Of a stretch of 64,000 nucleotides of DNA, positions 48,145-61,011 are shown piece after piece. The number at the start of each line of letters is the position of its first letter. Position 1 is the stretch's first letter. The stretch spans positions 22,141-86,140 of the forward strand of contig NIVC01001624.1 of NCBI GenBank assembly GCA_002269645.1, read 5' to 3'. The stretch is from Macrostomum lignano. Lineage: Eukaryota. Position numbers and translations under genes: made by a program. A model generated the notes under the pieces. It was not told where the DNA came from, did not search any database, and saw only the letters and a list, made by a program, of their open reading frames with translations.

Positions 48145-48330
48145 TACAAATTTGTGTCAGCTTGTGTAAGTTTGTGTCAGCTCGTCTACATTGGTGTCAG
48201 CTTGTGAACATTGGTGTCAGCTCGTGTAGATTGGTGTCAGCTCGTGAAAATTTGTGTCAGCTTGTGTGAAGTTGTTTCAGCTTGTGTACAGTTGTGTCAG
48301 CTTGTGTGAAGTTGTGTCAGCTTGTGTGAC
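48145..48330. repeat. ~19-20 bp degenerate minisatellite (TTGTGTCAGCTTGTGTAAG-type)
   Basis: Direct periodicity. Confidence 0.85.
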
Positions 48331-48800
48331 GAGCTACTCAGCCCCCGCCGGTAGACCGTTCATTCAAAGCATCTTGAAGCATCTTGAAAGCAAAAATCGT
48401 GTTGAAGGTCTCGAGGGTCATCTGAGTCTATTCCGGTAGACATTCTGGTATCTCGCAGAGGCTCTGAAAGCCGATTCACTAAAAGGTCAAACTCTCCGAC
48501 ATTCGAGTATTTAATCGTTGAATTGTTTCATTTCCGACGGCTCTTGAGACACGATGGCCTTGATTGAAATTGCTGCAAGTTTCAGAGTCCAGACAAGCTT
48601 TCATTTAGGTTGATCCAAGGCAGACGCGCACCCCCTGTTCAGGGTGTTCAGGGATCAGCGCTCGACTGTCGCAAAAACTTCACTTCTTCGATCTGGAAGA
48701 TCCCATTAAGTTGGATTTCTGAAAGTCAGTTTGAATAGCGGCTTTGCTACTGTGATTTTTAGGAAATTTAAAGTTGAGGAATTATGGAAACTAAGGGCTA

Positions 48801-49093
48801 TAGTAATAATAATAATTGATTACACCTGCCTCAATTGGAGAACCGACAGCTCAGCCGCAGCTATTGCGTGGCGCATCTGAAGGCTGCGTACGGCTATTCA
48901 GTCCAAGGACTGGGGGTTCACCACACAACCTCAATTACCCCAGCTAATGCTGGCACCCATTTTACAGCTGGGTGAACTGAAGCAATACAGAGTTAAGTGT
49001 CTTGCTCAAGGACACAAATTGTTCTAGGGGACCGGGAATCGAACCCCCGACCTTCAAGTCGTGAGTCCGACGCTCTAACCACTAGGCTACAAC
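48801..49093 (-). mobile_element. Second copy of the tRNA-derived CORE-like SINE
   Basis: Reverse complement reads GTTGTAGCCTAGTGGTTAGAGCGTCGGACTC...GGTTCGATTCCC...TGTGTCCTTGAGCAAGACACTTAACTC...CTGTAAATGGG, ending in a (TTA)n tail. Confidence 0.88.
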
Positions 49094-50079
49094 TATGACT
49101 TTTCCCGTTGGTCGCACACTGGATCTCTGATTTTTGTTGGGTTTGTAGCGGATTTCATGAAATGAGCAGCGCAACCAGGATTAGCGATCCCAGCTCCATC
49201 TCATTTTCCTTCCTTAGCCTAAACCTAAACGGTAGCTGTGTATGAAGCATGAAAATAAATGTAATAAAGAGTTGTCCGACCGGAATTTCTGGCATTTATT
49301 TAACCAAAGTTGGAATAATAGAAACATTAAGACACCAGTACAAGCATAAGAATTCTGGAGTGGTCTTCCTATCAAAATTTCTTATCAAAAGCTGCATTAA
49401 AATAATAATAATAATTAATATCGAGATGATTAATATCGAGATTTCGAGGATAAATGTTTCAATGTAACATCGTATCGTAAGGGCTTGTCATGTCATTGCA
49501 GCTGGAATAAGGCTAAGTTCTATATACGAGCGTACTAAAATTGAAGATTCTAAAACTACGAGAATTACGAGAGAATTAAATTAAATTGTAGAAATTATAA
49601 TATTAAATTACAGAGTATTCCGTACTCTTAGTAGCACTAAATTAACCTAACAAAGGCGGTACTACTCGTATTTCTAAGACACAAATACACAAAAAAATGT
49701 TTTACCAGAAACAATAACCTGAGCCACCATTCTACAGTTGTTCCTAAATGTGCATTTACCCAGTCTCGGGACTTTGTTAGGCTTAAATTAAGTCTATCTG
49801 CCCTCTTCCCCCGTCTCACTCTCTCAAGTTCAGGCTTGCTATCTCATCTCTGTCCCTCTGTCCTGTTGAGATTTGCTATCTTATCTCTCCCCCTTGCTGC
49901 CTTCTGATTGGCTCTTCAATCTTGCCTCTTTCTTCAGTCACAGACACCACCCCTCCTTTTAATATCCACACTCAACCCCTCTAATTTAATGTCTTTCAAA
50001 TATACTCGTTTGGACCCTGCCCTCAATTTAAAGAGTTTTTCAAGTCAATATACCATCTTTTTTCTCCATATTTCTGGAG

Positions 50080-50385
50080 GGTGCTTGCTATCTGCGGGCT
50101 TGCTATCTGCGGGATGCTTGCTAACTGCGGGATGCTTGCTATCTGCGGGATGCTTGCTATCTGCGGGATGCTTGCTATCTGCGGGATGCTGGCTATCTGC
50201 GGGATGCTTGCTATCTGCGGGATACTTGCTATCTGCGGGATGCTTGCTATCTGCGGGATGCTTGCTATCTGCGGGATGCTTGCTATCTGCGGATGCTGGC
50301 TATCTGCGGGATGCTTGCTATCTGCGGGATGCTTGCTATCTGCGGGATGCTGGCTATCTGCGGGATGCTTGCTATTTGCGGGATT
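50080..50385. repeat. 18-bp minisatellite (GCTTGCTATCTGCGGGAT)n
   Basis: About 16 copies. Confidence 0.95.
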
Positions 50386-50534
50386 TCTTCTCTAATACTA
50401 AAAATATAATAAAAATTGGTTGATTAAAAGCTACCAAATGTTCAAATGGCTAGAATAGCTTGACTCAGTTTGAGTTATACTGTTTTGTATAGTGAAGCAT
50501 TCCACAGGGCAACCGAAATAAGGCGGCATTTCTA

Positions 50535-53500
50535 TCAATTGCCAGTCTGGATAAGGAAATCCCAGAGAGCGTTGCCGTTCACTCCAGCATCAGGTTGGCG
50601 GGCGCTGCCGTTCACTTCAGCATCAGGTTGGCAGGCGCTGCCGTTCACTCCAGCATCAGGTTGGCAGGCGCTGCCGTTCACTTCAGCATCAGGTTGGCAG
50701 GCGCTGCCGTTCACTTCAGCATCAGGTTGGCGGGCGCTGCCGTTCACTCCAGCATCAGGTTGGCAGGCGCTGCCGTTCACTCCAGCATCAGGTTGGCAGG
50801 CGCTGCCGTTCACTCCAGCATCAGGTTGGCAGGCGCTGCCGTTCACTTCAGCATCAGGTTGGCGGGCGCTGCCGTTCACTTCAGCATCAGGTTGGCGGGC
50901 GCTGCCGTTCACTTCAGCATCAGGTTGGCGGGCTTCGCCGTCCTCAACAACGGATTTTAAAGGCAAACCGGCGTCGCCGTTGTTTGCGCCTGTCACAAAG
51001 TTTTTTCTCATGCGCCGTCTGCACGACCTTAGCCGGCGACGCAATGGCCTACGAAATGTCCAGATAATCGCCACTACAATGGCTACTATCAGAGCTATGG
51101 CTACTGTGATTCCTGTGATGATTCCTGCGATTCCTGATGATTCCCGGTGGACATTGCTGTCCACCGGGCAGGGAACTTGCTCGTCGGAGTTGGTTCCTTG
51201 CATCTTTGGGTTGAACTCAACGGGAAGCAGCCGATGTACTGGTAGGCGTACAGCTTCATCGCTTCTGATCGGAATCAACTTCGGTTTTTTGTTGGAGTTC
51301 ATTCGAAGAGCAACTTGCGTTCGCTGCTCATCCCTAGAAACGTTTCTGTCGGACGGTAGAGGTGGCGATAACATATGGACAACCAGTTTCACGATATTGC
51401 CTGATCTTCCAATCCCTTCTAACAATACTCACCCCAAGAAATCGATCAGCTCAGACTGGTTGGCCAAATATGTCCAGTTGCCTTTGTGCGTCAAATTCCT
51501 GTTGCTGCAGTCGAGGTAAAACAGCTTCGCGCCAAAAAAAGCCAAAAATGGCAGCAGAATTTGATTGTCTTTGACTCGGTGCAGGACTCTGGATGCTGTG
51601 GGTATTGGTTCGGTTAGTTTTGCGAAGTTGCTACCTATCTTTCATGCAAGTGAACTCAGTTAATACGCTCGTAGTTGGGAATACAAAGTCCTCAGATTTG
51701 TCAATCCTGAGATCCCTGATATACAAGATGTGGTGTCAATAGGACAATGTAAACTCGTTTTTAGCACTGGCGTACCCAGGATTTTCCATTGGGGGGGGGG
51801 GGGGCCGCCACCGACAAGTTGCGACAATAAGTATTGACCTTTTTTGGGTTGCGACACTAAGTATTGACCTTTTTGGGGTTGCGACAATAAATATTGATCT
51901 TTTTGGGGTTGCGACAATAAATATTGACCATTTTGGAGTTGCTTGCGACGATTGAAGACCTTTTTGTCGCCTCTGGTTAGAACTCCGTAACCCCCTCAGG
52001 TAATTGAGGAGGGGGGGATAATTTGAGTGCTGAGAGCTGAGACTTGAGAGACTGATATTTGAGTCATTGACTGTTGACTCGTCGAGTCGAGTGTTGACTC
52101 AACCCCACGATGTTTAACAATCATGCAATGTAATTTTAATTTTTTAAAAGATCCCGGAACTTCATAAGCTCGGGATTTGGAACAAGGACCAGTAAAAGTT
52201 ACCGTTACCAGGATGGAGCTTTCATAAATATAGCAATTTTATTTGAAGGCTCACTTCTTCACGTGTATTTAGCGATATTTCCTTCGAGAAGCATTCTCGC
52301 CTTTGTGCCAAACCAGCTTCAAAATTGGTGCACCTTGCCCTGAAGCGCGCGACTTGACGCCCCCCCCCCCCTGTGGCCACTTGTGTGGTCGGCGCGGGGC
52401 GTGACATTATTATTATTATTTAAGGTTGCACAATTTTACCTGACTAAGATAGGAAACGATAGTACTGTAAATTACTTGCAATTGCATTATTTTTGACTGC
52501 AAGAAACATTGCACATACAGGCTGATCCCTGATCCCACATGCAGATATAGGGTGGATTTTCGAGTCAGCTTAAAAAGAGCAAAATGTCGAACAACCTGGT
52601 GAAAAATATTCACCTCATTGTACGAGCGTAAGTGCAACTGAAAATTGTATTGCCCAGGATTGTATTCCCCAGTTGATGAGGCATTAATGCTTCGTAACCG
52701 AAATATTACTGCTCACCGTTCCGCAAAAACTCGCCAATTCGGCGTGCATCGCAGTGCTGCAGCGGACAGCCACTCGACAGCTGCAGACCGTGGCCCAAGG
52801 CCGAATCAGCAGGAATCGGCAAGGAGCATCTCCCGCCGTGCCTGAAGCTTGTGCTGGAGTTGCACGACTCCTGGCTGGTTGCAGTGACTGTCAGATTGTC
52901 GGATGCAGTCACATTTGTGACATTTGCCAGCTTGGCTGTGATGTTCACTGTGTCCCCACTGCAATGTAGGGTGTCACTTATGCACTTCAAATCATTTTGA
53001 CTGAACTCAACATTGCATAGCTGTTGCAAGAAGTGTGCGATCAGGTAGACGGTCAACACTTTTTGAATCGTGTCAATTTTGTCAAATCCACCACACACGT
53101 CAACACAACTGAAGTAAATGCAGTTTAAAACAAAGAAGTCCCTTACGCATTCGCCAAGATGTAGAGGACAGAGCTGAGGTTCACTGAGTAGTTGGCAAAG
53201 TCACCTCCTAAATTAAGAATGTAATAAGATTAGTTAGACAATAACACATCCAAGGTATCTAAAATGTATAGGAATAATTAAGCAAACGTGCTCACCACTG
53301 AAATGCGCAACATCCAGTCGGAGTCCTCGTCTTAGATCCGGAGGTTTGATCGCCAGAACGGTGTTGTTCTCAATCACCTTGACTTTCCAGATACAAGCCT
53401 CTGTTATCACGGCGGTCTTGTCAGCAAAACCGTCGTGGAGATAGAAAAATAGACGAATTCCTCCATGGACACCGAAAAATTTCCAATGGGTCTGTTCTCG

Positions 53501-53575
53501 ACAGTACCCCACGTCATGCTCCACAGCCGTTACGATTCTGAAATTCAATGGAAGGATTTTTGGCTGATTGTACAC
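50535..53575 (-). CDS. Multi-exon type I membrane glycoprotein, model incomplete: N-glycosylated Cys-containing ectodomain, TM helix, cytoplasmic 11-aa repeats
   Basis: Phase-consistent exons ...-53296, 53207-53147 and 53108-52717 (many NxS/T sites). An LRR-cap-like LDCSNRNLT occurs near 51500. The terminal ORF has TM GIAGIITGITVAIALIVAIVVAIIWTF, a basic stop-transfer RRPLRRRLR and ~11 copies of ARQPDAEVNGS (33 bp). Exons between 52700 and 51400 could not be joined unambiguously. Confidence 0.6.
51766..51970. mobile_element. Short element with CACTGGCGTACCCAGG head, poly-G tract and 30-bp internal repeats
   Basis: TTGCGACAATAAATATTGACCTTTTTGGGG repeated about 4 times after a long G run. Confidence 0.55.
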
Positions 53576-54029
53576 GTGGCTGACTGATTGAAAAAGAATA
53601 ATTTAACAAAAGACAGACAATCTGCTAGAGAATGGGAGAAAACTATTTCGTGGCAATCAGAAGTGTCAGAGCTTATACTCAAGTGCCGTAAAACATTCAA
53701 GCTGATTAAACAGTAGCAAAAGAAGATAAGAAACTTTTGATGTAAAGCAAATTGACAAACAAGCAGAACTACAGCTCATTATCGAGAGAAGCTGACATTG
53801 AACCTCATTAAAAGAAGAAGCTGTTAAGCACATTCGACAGACAAGACAAGTATCTTAGGCCGACACAGTTTACAGAAAAGTATAAGGCTGGAGACAGACA
53901 GTTGACAAAGAAGACCAGTGTATAAAATCTACATTTTGACAAAGAAGGCAAAGAATTGCGCTGACAAAAACTCCAAACAAACAGAAGAGTTCGTTCACTC
54001 ACTGAAATTGACTAACAGGCAGAGATCAA

Positions 54030-56075
54030 TAGCAGAAGACAAATAAGCAGACCTCACTAAAAAAAGAAGTTAATGCGAGCTGACGAACAGAACAAGCTGA
54101 TAAACAAGCAGAGATAATTTTCTGAAGATGGTGACAAACAAGCAGACCTCACTAACAGAAGAAGCTGACAAACAAGCAGACCTCACTAACAGAAGAAGCT
54201 GACAAACAAGCAGAGATAATTTGCAGAAGAAGCTGACAAACAAGCAGACCTCACTAACAGAAGAAGCTGACAAACAAGCAGACCTCACTAACAGAAGAAG
54301 CTGACAAACAAGCAGACCTCAATAACAGAAGAAGCTGACAAACAAACAGACCTCACTAACAGAAGAAGCTGACAAACAAGCAGACCTCACTAACAGAAGA
54401 AGCTGACAAACAAGCAGACCTCACTAACAGAAGAAGCTGACAAACAAGCAGACCTCACTAACAGAAGAAGCTGACAAACAAACAGACCTCACTAACAGAA
54501 GAAGCTGACAAACAAACAGACCTCACTAACAGAAGAAGCTGACAAACAAGCAGACCTCACTAACAGAAGAAGCTGACAAACAAGCAGACCTCACTAACAG
54601 AAGAAGCTGACAAACAAACAGACCTCACTAACAGAAGAAGCTGACAAACAAGCAGACCTCACTAACAGAAGAAGCTGACAAACAAGCAGACCTCACTAAC
54701 AGAAGAAGCTGACAAACAAGCAGAGATAATTTGCAGAAGAAGCTGACAAACAAGCAGACCTCACTAACAGAAGAAGCTGACAAACAAGCAGACCTCACTA
54801 ACAGAAGAAGCTGACAAACAAGCAGACCTCACTAACAGAAGAAGCTGACAAACAAGCAGACCTCACTAACAGAAGAAGCTGACAAACAAGCAGACCTCAC
54901 TAACAGAAGAAGCTGACAAACAAGCAGAGATAATTTGCAGAAGATGGTGACAAACAAGCAGACCTCACTAACAAAAGATGCTGACAAACAAGCAGACCTC
55001 ACTAACAGAAGAAGCTGACAAACAAGCAGACCTCACTAACAGAAGAAGCTGACAAACAAGCAGACCTCACTAACAGAAGAAGCTGACAAACAAACAGACC
55101 TCACTAACAGAAGAAGCTGACAAACAAACAGACCTCACTAACAGAAGAAGCTGACAAACAAGCAGACCTCAATAACAGAAGAAGCTGACAAACAAGCAGA
55201 CCTCACTAACAGAAGAAGCTGACAAACAAACAGACCTCACTAACAGAAGAAGCTGACAAACAAGCAGACCTCACTAACAGAAGAAGCTGACAAACAAGCA
55301 GAGATAATTTGCAGAAGAAGCTGACAAACAAACAGACCTCAATAACAGAAGAAGCTGACAAACAAGCAGACCTCACTAACAGAAGAAGCTGACAAACAAG
55401 CAGATCTCACTAACAGAAGAAGCTGACAAACAAGCAGACCTCACTAACAGAAGAAGCTGACAAACAAACAGACCTCACTAACAGAAGAAGCTGACAAACA
55501 AGCAGACCTCACTAACAGAAGAAGCTGACAAACAAGCAGACCTCACTAACAGAAGAAGCTGACAAACAAGCAGACCTCACTAACAGAAGAAGCTGACAAA
55601 CAAGCAGAGATAATTTGCAGAAGAAGCTGACAAAAAAGCAGAGATCATTTGCAGAAGAAGCTGACAAACAAGCAGAGATAATTTGCAGAAGAAGCTGACA
55701 AACAAGCAGAGATCATTTGCAGAAGAAGCTGATAAACAAGCAGAGATAATTTGCAGAAGAAGCTGACAAACAAGCAGAGATCATTTGCAGAAGAAGCTGA
55801 TAAACAAGCAGAGATCATTTGCAGAAGAAGCTGACAAACAAGCAGAGATAATTTGCAGAAGAAGCTGACAAAAAAGCAGAGATCATTTGCAGAAGAAGCT
55901 GACAAACAAGCAGAGATCATTTGCAGAAGAAGCTGACAAACAAGCAGAGATCATTTGCAGAAGAAGCTGATAAACAAGCAGAGATAATTTGCAGAAGAAG
56001 CTGACAAACAAATAGAGATCACTACAGAAGAAGCTGACAAACAAGCAGAGATCACTACAGAAGAAGCTGACAAAC
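54030..56075. repeat. 34-bp minisatellite (GACAAACAAGCAGACCTCACTAACAGAAGAAGCT)n, ~60 copies, switching to a GAGATAATTTGC variant at the right end
   Basis: Direct periodicity; degenerate precursors extend left to ~53740. Confidence 0.97.
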
Positions 56076-58049
56076 AGAGCCCACTATTGTTGCTATTCTA
56101 AATTTGATGGAAATCCCAAAGCTATAACTCATGTGGTTTTAGAGTAGCTAAAAATCACTTATTTAGTCCGCACAGCCACTTTTTTAAATCAGAGAGCTGC
56201 AAATTAATCAACTCACTGCAGTCCGGCAACAATGAAAAGAAACTGGAGCAGCACTTTTGTCCGAATAAAATTCATTTTAATTTTATTCTGAAAGATCTGA
56301 ACTTTCATGTTTAAGATTTGAGCTCGAAGGCTTAATACATATCGAACATGGAACCGAATTTTTGTAATATATAACTTTAAAATTTTCATATAGCTTTTAG
56401 TTAAATTAGACAATATGTTTTGTAATAAACTCTGAATAGTAGCATTCAAAAGGTTGTTGTATTGGTAGTAATAATTAATTGTTGCTTTAATTTGTTTGTT
56501 CGAAGTCGAGTAATTTAATTTATTTTTGTTAGACTATTTTTTAACATCTGACTGCTGTCAGACTACTGACTACGTAAGTACGAGTAGTCTGAACTGCATT
56601 ATTAGCGTGTAAATTTGTTCTCCGAGGAGCCTGCAATAAATCTAGAATTTCCAGAGATAGCTTTTCAATGCTACTAGAAGACATTAGGAGATCGGAAAGA
56701 AGCGATTCTAGTTCGTATATTCTGAAAAACAGCAGATGAGGAGACAATTACCATCAAGTATAGCTGCCCCGCTCGGGCGTTTGAGCAGTTCGTTGACAAA
56801 GTCGCTGGTACAGAAGTCGAATCAAATCTGCGTCCATATCAGGTCTTTTCCTGACTTCACGTATCAACTGGTGAAAACAGTAGTCGAGCGGGACGCCTTC
56901 ATGTTAACAGATGACGCACTTCCAGAAAAGCTCTGAAGTCGACATGGCAAGTCGCACACATCCTCTTACCGTCAGTAGTACCCAAAATAACTCTTTATTT
57001 ACATTGTGCTATGATGTCGCAAAATATTCTCTGTAAGATTACTATACTGACTCCAGAGGGTCACTAGGTTTTGTGTTTGAAGTCTGATCGAATGAATTCA
57101 GGCAGCATAATGGTACTTTGCATAGTCATGGTAGTCATAGATTGCGCGGAGGGCGGCCGCGGATTTGCCACGGAACTCCCAGCCCTATTCAAACAATACA
57201 GCGAATCCAACCATGAAGGGTGGGTCCAACCATTAGAAAATATGCCAGTAGAAACAGCCCGCACCGATAGGGCCGTTTTCTGACTATGCAGTTTGTCATA
57301 AATGTACGGATAGAGAGAACTTCAGAGAGAAAAAATGCAGTCTGGCATTATCGCAGCAGTGGTGTACCCTGCTATCTACATTTGCATGCATGTACAGACC
57401 GCGACGAAATTTTTTGTATTGCAAAGCAAACAGAGGGTAAAGCAAACAATAAGCCTTCATGGCAACAGGCAGGGGCCGGTGTGAGAGCTTAGTGCACAAC
57501 TGCTTGGTAGAGGGAATTGTTAGTCATGCAGAAAAGTATTGCTTACAATTTTACATTGCACAAATGTCAGACACTAGACTTTGCTTTTCTGTGGGGTGGA
57601 CTGCTGCTTTGCAGAAAGAATTTCTATGCAAATTTAAGCTCTTCTTTCTCTAACATCATAAAGTGATTGCTAGTGGCTGTCTGCTTTGTGCGCTATTGCC
57701 CTTCTTTCAAAGTGGTGTGCATAGCTTCATCTGTGTGGCCTGCACTAACTAGCTTGTACACAGAGCATCCCGTGATGCGTCAGCTAGTCAGTGGAAGGAT
57801 GGAAAATGGTGGAAAGATTGCCTGCCAGGACAATATAGCAATACTAGAAATGACTAGTAAAATCTACACACACTTATACAACGATATGGTGCAATTATCT
57901 CGGTTTTCATTCAAGGATGGGTTTCTCACAATTCGAGCGTCAGGGGTGCGACTGACAGAGCGATTTCGGGCAACAAAAACAACAAGTTGCGCCTTAAAAT
58001 GAGAACCGTGTCACATGGTGCGCCTGAAGGAGCGAATCCGGGGTGCCGA

Positions 58050-58330
58050 CGTCGGCCAGCGGGCAGTCGACGAAACGCCAAGTGTGCGCCTCTCCTTGCC
58101 CGCTACCCACTGACGAGAAGTACGACTTGGTGCGGATGATGTGGCATATGAAGCTGGAGTCGCCGACGGCCACGATTTAAACATGTTAGACTGGCGTGGC
58201 GATAGAGTGCCGCTTTGGTGACTCGCTCATCGCTGATTTGTAAGCATCCGCCGCCTCAACCTGCTGTTCTAGCGAGTCCTACATGTCGGTTTCAAGTAGA
58301 ATGAACTCGACCACCACCTAAAGCATCGCT
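58050..58330 (-). mobile_element. 3' fragment of the same RTE family as 40759-43290
   Basis: GCCAGCGGGCAGTCGACGAAACGCCAAGTGTGCGCCT nearly matches 40880-40916. Confidence 0.7.
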
Positions 58331-59419
58331 GCCCTGTGGCGAAAATGTGTGGTAACTGCATTCCAATTGAATTTAATTTAGCATTTGTAAGAATTATCAT
58401 CGAACTACCACCAAATAGAGAATGCTTTCAAACAGCAAAGCTCCAGGTTATTCACACAGATATGTGGCTTTGACTCTTTATTTACTGCCTTGCTTTCTTC
58501 AAGTCTTTATTATATAAACTAAGCAACTCCTAAAAAATAATCGTTTTAGGCATAGAAAAGCATAAACATTGCTCTCACTTTTCTTGCCACTACTTGCAGT
58601 AGCGTAAATAGTCAGCCAACAGCTCGTTTAATCAATCCGTTCAGCTTGTAAAATAATTCATGAAGACTGTGAGAAATTGAAAATTGAATCACAATCGCTG
58701 GACATCATGCTTAACAGCTCTTTCTCACGTGACGCACCACAGCTGGGCCCACCGGATCACTTTTCGGGTGGAAGATCTTACATGGCATCGACCATCATTA
58801 GCAGAGAGAAGAATGGCTCGCGCCGCGAAATCCTACTCCTGGAGTCCCGGATCCCACTGCAGTTGATTCAAGTAAGTCCAAAGTTACTCACGCTAGCCAG
58901 GTTGATGAAGACAACACCAGCAGCAGCGAAGAGGATGACGAAGTGAATCCAGACGGCGCCAGCGTCCTGAAGGGCACCGACGACCAGGACCAGGTGATCG
59001 CCTGAAAGACAAGCCGGATGTCATCATGGCCCTCGACACCATCTTGAAAGGGACCTGCTATATAGCTCGTACTTGGGTTTCTGGCACTCGTGCAAAAAGG
59101 AATTTATTAGCCTTTAGGGCTCCGTCGCTTTCATTTAATGTAAAGCGCTTTAGAATGGTTAAACTGAGGGACGAGAGTGATCAATCAGAACCGACACTTT
59201 GTACATGGACGTTGACTATATTGAACTGTTTGAACAACACTGCTGTACATCAATTTCAGCTTTCAAAGAGCTATACTCTGGCAATTTAACATTTAATAGT
59301 ATACAAGCCTGAAGACGCATGGCTGAGAAATCGAAACTAGTCGCAATTTCGAAATGCTGTTATCATTGATTTTCTTGTTTAATATGTATTCTGTACGAAC
59401 GGCATTCAATGCTTGTTTT

Positions 59420-59720
59420 TCAGCTCCTTTTGTTAATCCCCTCTGCTTGTATGCCAGCTCCTTCGGTTGCCAATTTCTTAATTGTCACACGACAGTCCAA
59501 ATCCACTGCTGTCGGAGCGGCAGCGACTGTCTCTATCGAGCGCTTGGCATTCTTCGGGTTGAACTTCGGCTGGTCTTAGTTGTCACATCCGTCTTTCACA
59601 TGTCGGATGAGGAAGTAGATCTGTCTCTCCGACAGCTGATTGTCTGGCTAGGTCGTGGACAGGGCCTCCTTGATTTCCTTCATGCCTGCTTTCACCATGT
59701 CACACACAAATTCATGAACG
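59420..59720 (-). mobile_element. Degraded mariner-like transposase N-terminal (HTH) fragment
   Basis: GMKEIKEALSTT*PDNQLSERQIYFLIRHVKDG...KRSIETVAA...DCRVTIKKLA resembles the mariner DNA-binding region; it contains internal stops. Confidence 0.5.
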
Positions 59721-61011
59721 CTTGTTCATAGTCAACAAGCTGGAATGCTGCTCATAACATGTTGCCATATAAAATGGTTAAACTCTAGTCAAGACGGCGT
59801 TTCAAAGCTAATGTAGAAACTGGGGTGTGTGCGTATTAACCTACGGCCGAGGTCTCAGCCCGTCGAGGGCGGCCGATTCCAGAAAGGTGAACGCCTCGAT
59901 CGGCTTGGTCCATAAGTCACGCGGCCTTAGCTGCGTCGGGTTAGCAGGGCAGCTGAAAAGGTGGGTCACCGTTGAGGCTCTAGGTCACAGAGTCCCGACA
60001 GGCCTGGGTTGACCTTGGCCTTAAAGTCACGGAGAAGCGAGCAGAAACTGGAGCGAAGCTGCGCCAGTGTGCACCGCATGCAGTGGGGAAGACGGGCCTC
60101 AGCGCCGCCTAGAAACTGAGGTAGTTCGGTAATTGGTTAGGAAATTAGCCTGCAAATGTCCGGCTGGCAAACGTCCCGCTGGCAAACGTCGGTTGGCAAA
60201 CGTCGACTGGCAAACGTCCGGCAGGCAAACGTTGTAGACCCAGGATTGATTACTGACTGACAGACTTACCAACAGACCTACCGACAGACAATTCATTTTT
60301 ATGATGCTAAATTGAAAGTAGCAACTAGCTCGTAAAGCTAAATAACAAAGTAGGCAATACAATAGCCGAAGAGAAGCAATGAGTGTTACTGAGTAGTGCT
60401 GTCGAAGTTGACAATGAATTATAATACGCTCGTAGAGCGAAAACGAGTTTATTGCAATCGATCAGCGGGGAAGAAAACGAAAGAAAAGAAGTGAAGGGCC
60501 TAAGCGCGAGTTAAACTATAGATCATATATACAATATAAGATCTATGAAGATCTAGATCTATGATATAGGAATACAAGATCTATGGGTTGAATTTGTATT
60601 TATACTTGTATTAACATACCAAACTGGGTACAAGCGTAGCTGAAATATCTGTGGTAAATTAACGGTTGGGATTGTCTGTGCAGAAGAGCATGGTAGACGC
60701 AGGGAGTCGGCTAACTAAAAATTGCAAAACAGAAAATACAGATATTTGGAGGATTGCGAATCCAATAAGTGCAGTAGGTTGAGTTTAGTCAGAGGCTTTA
60801 TCGGGGCGAAATTATCGCCGCTGGAGTAGATTGCACTTTAACGGGATTTTGATTGCTACGAGCCGTAAAACACAAAAAGCTAAAATGTTACTTTTACAGT
60901 CACATTTTCTATGTAGGAAATCACGCAGCTCATCCGATTGTTGATAGGCCCGACGAGTACAAGACCTCAACAACTACATTAAATTATAGAAAAGTAAAAA
61001 AACCTAAGACG

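Noticed and set aside
46530-48720. Protein-like fragments on both strands
   Set aside because: They have multiple stops and no family motif I can name; probably old TE debris.
3240-56075. CRISPR-like appearance of the 30-34 bp arrays (3240, 28576, 39895, 54030)
   Set aside because: The units are head-to-tail with no unique spacers, there are no cas genes, and the context is eukaryotic.
59830-60010. GC-rich segment as a candidate ribozyme or structured RNA
   Set aside because: I could not assign hammerhead or HDV core motifs or consistent pairings by eye.
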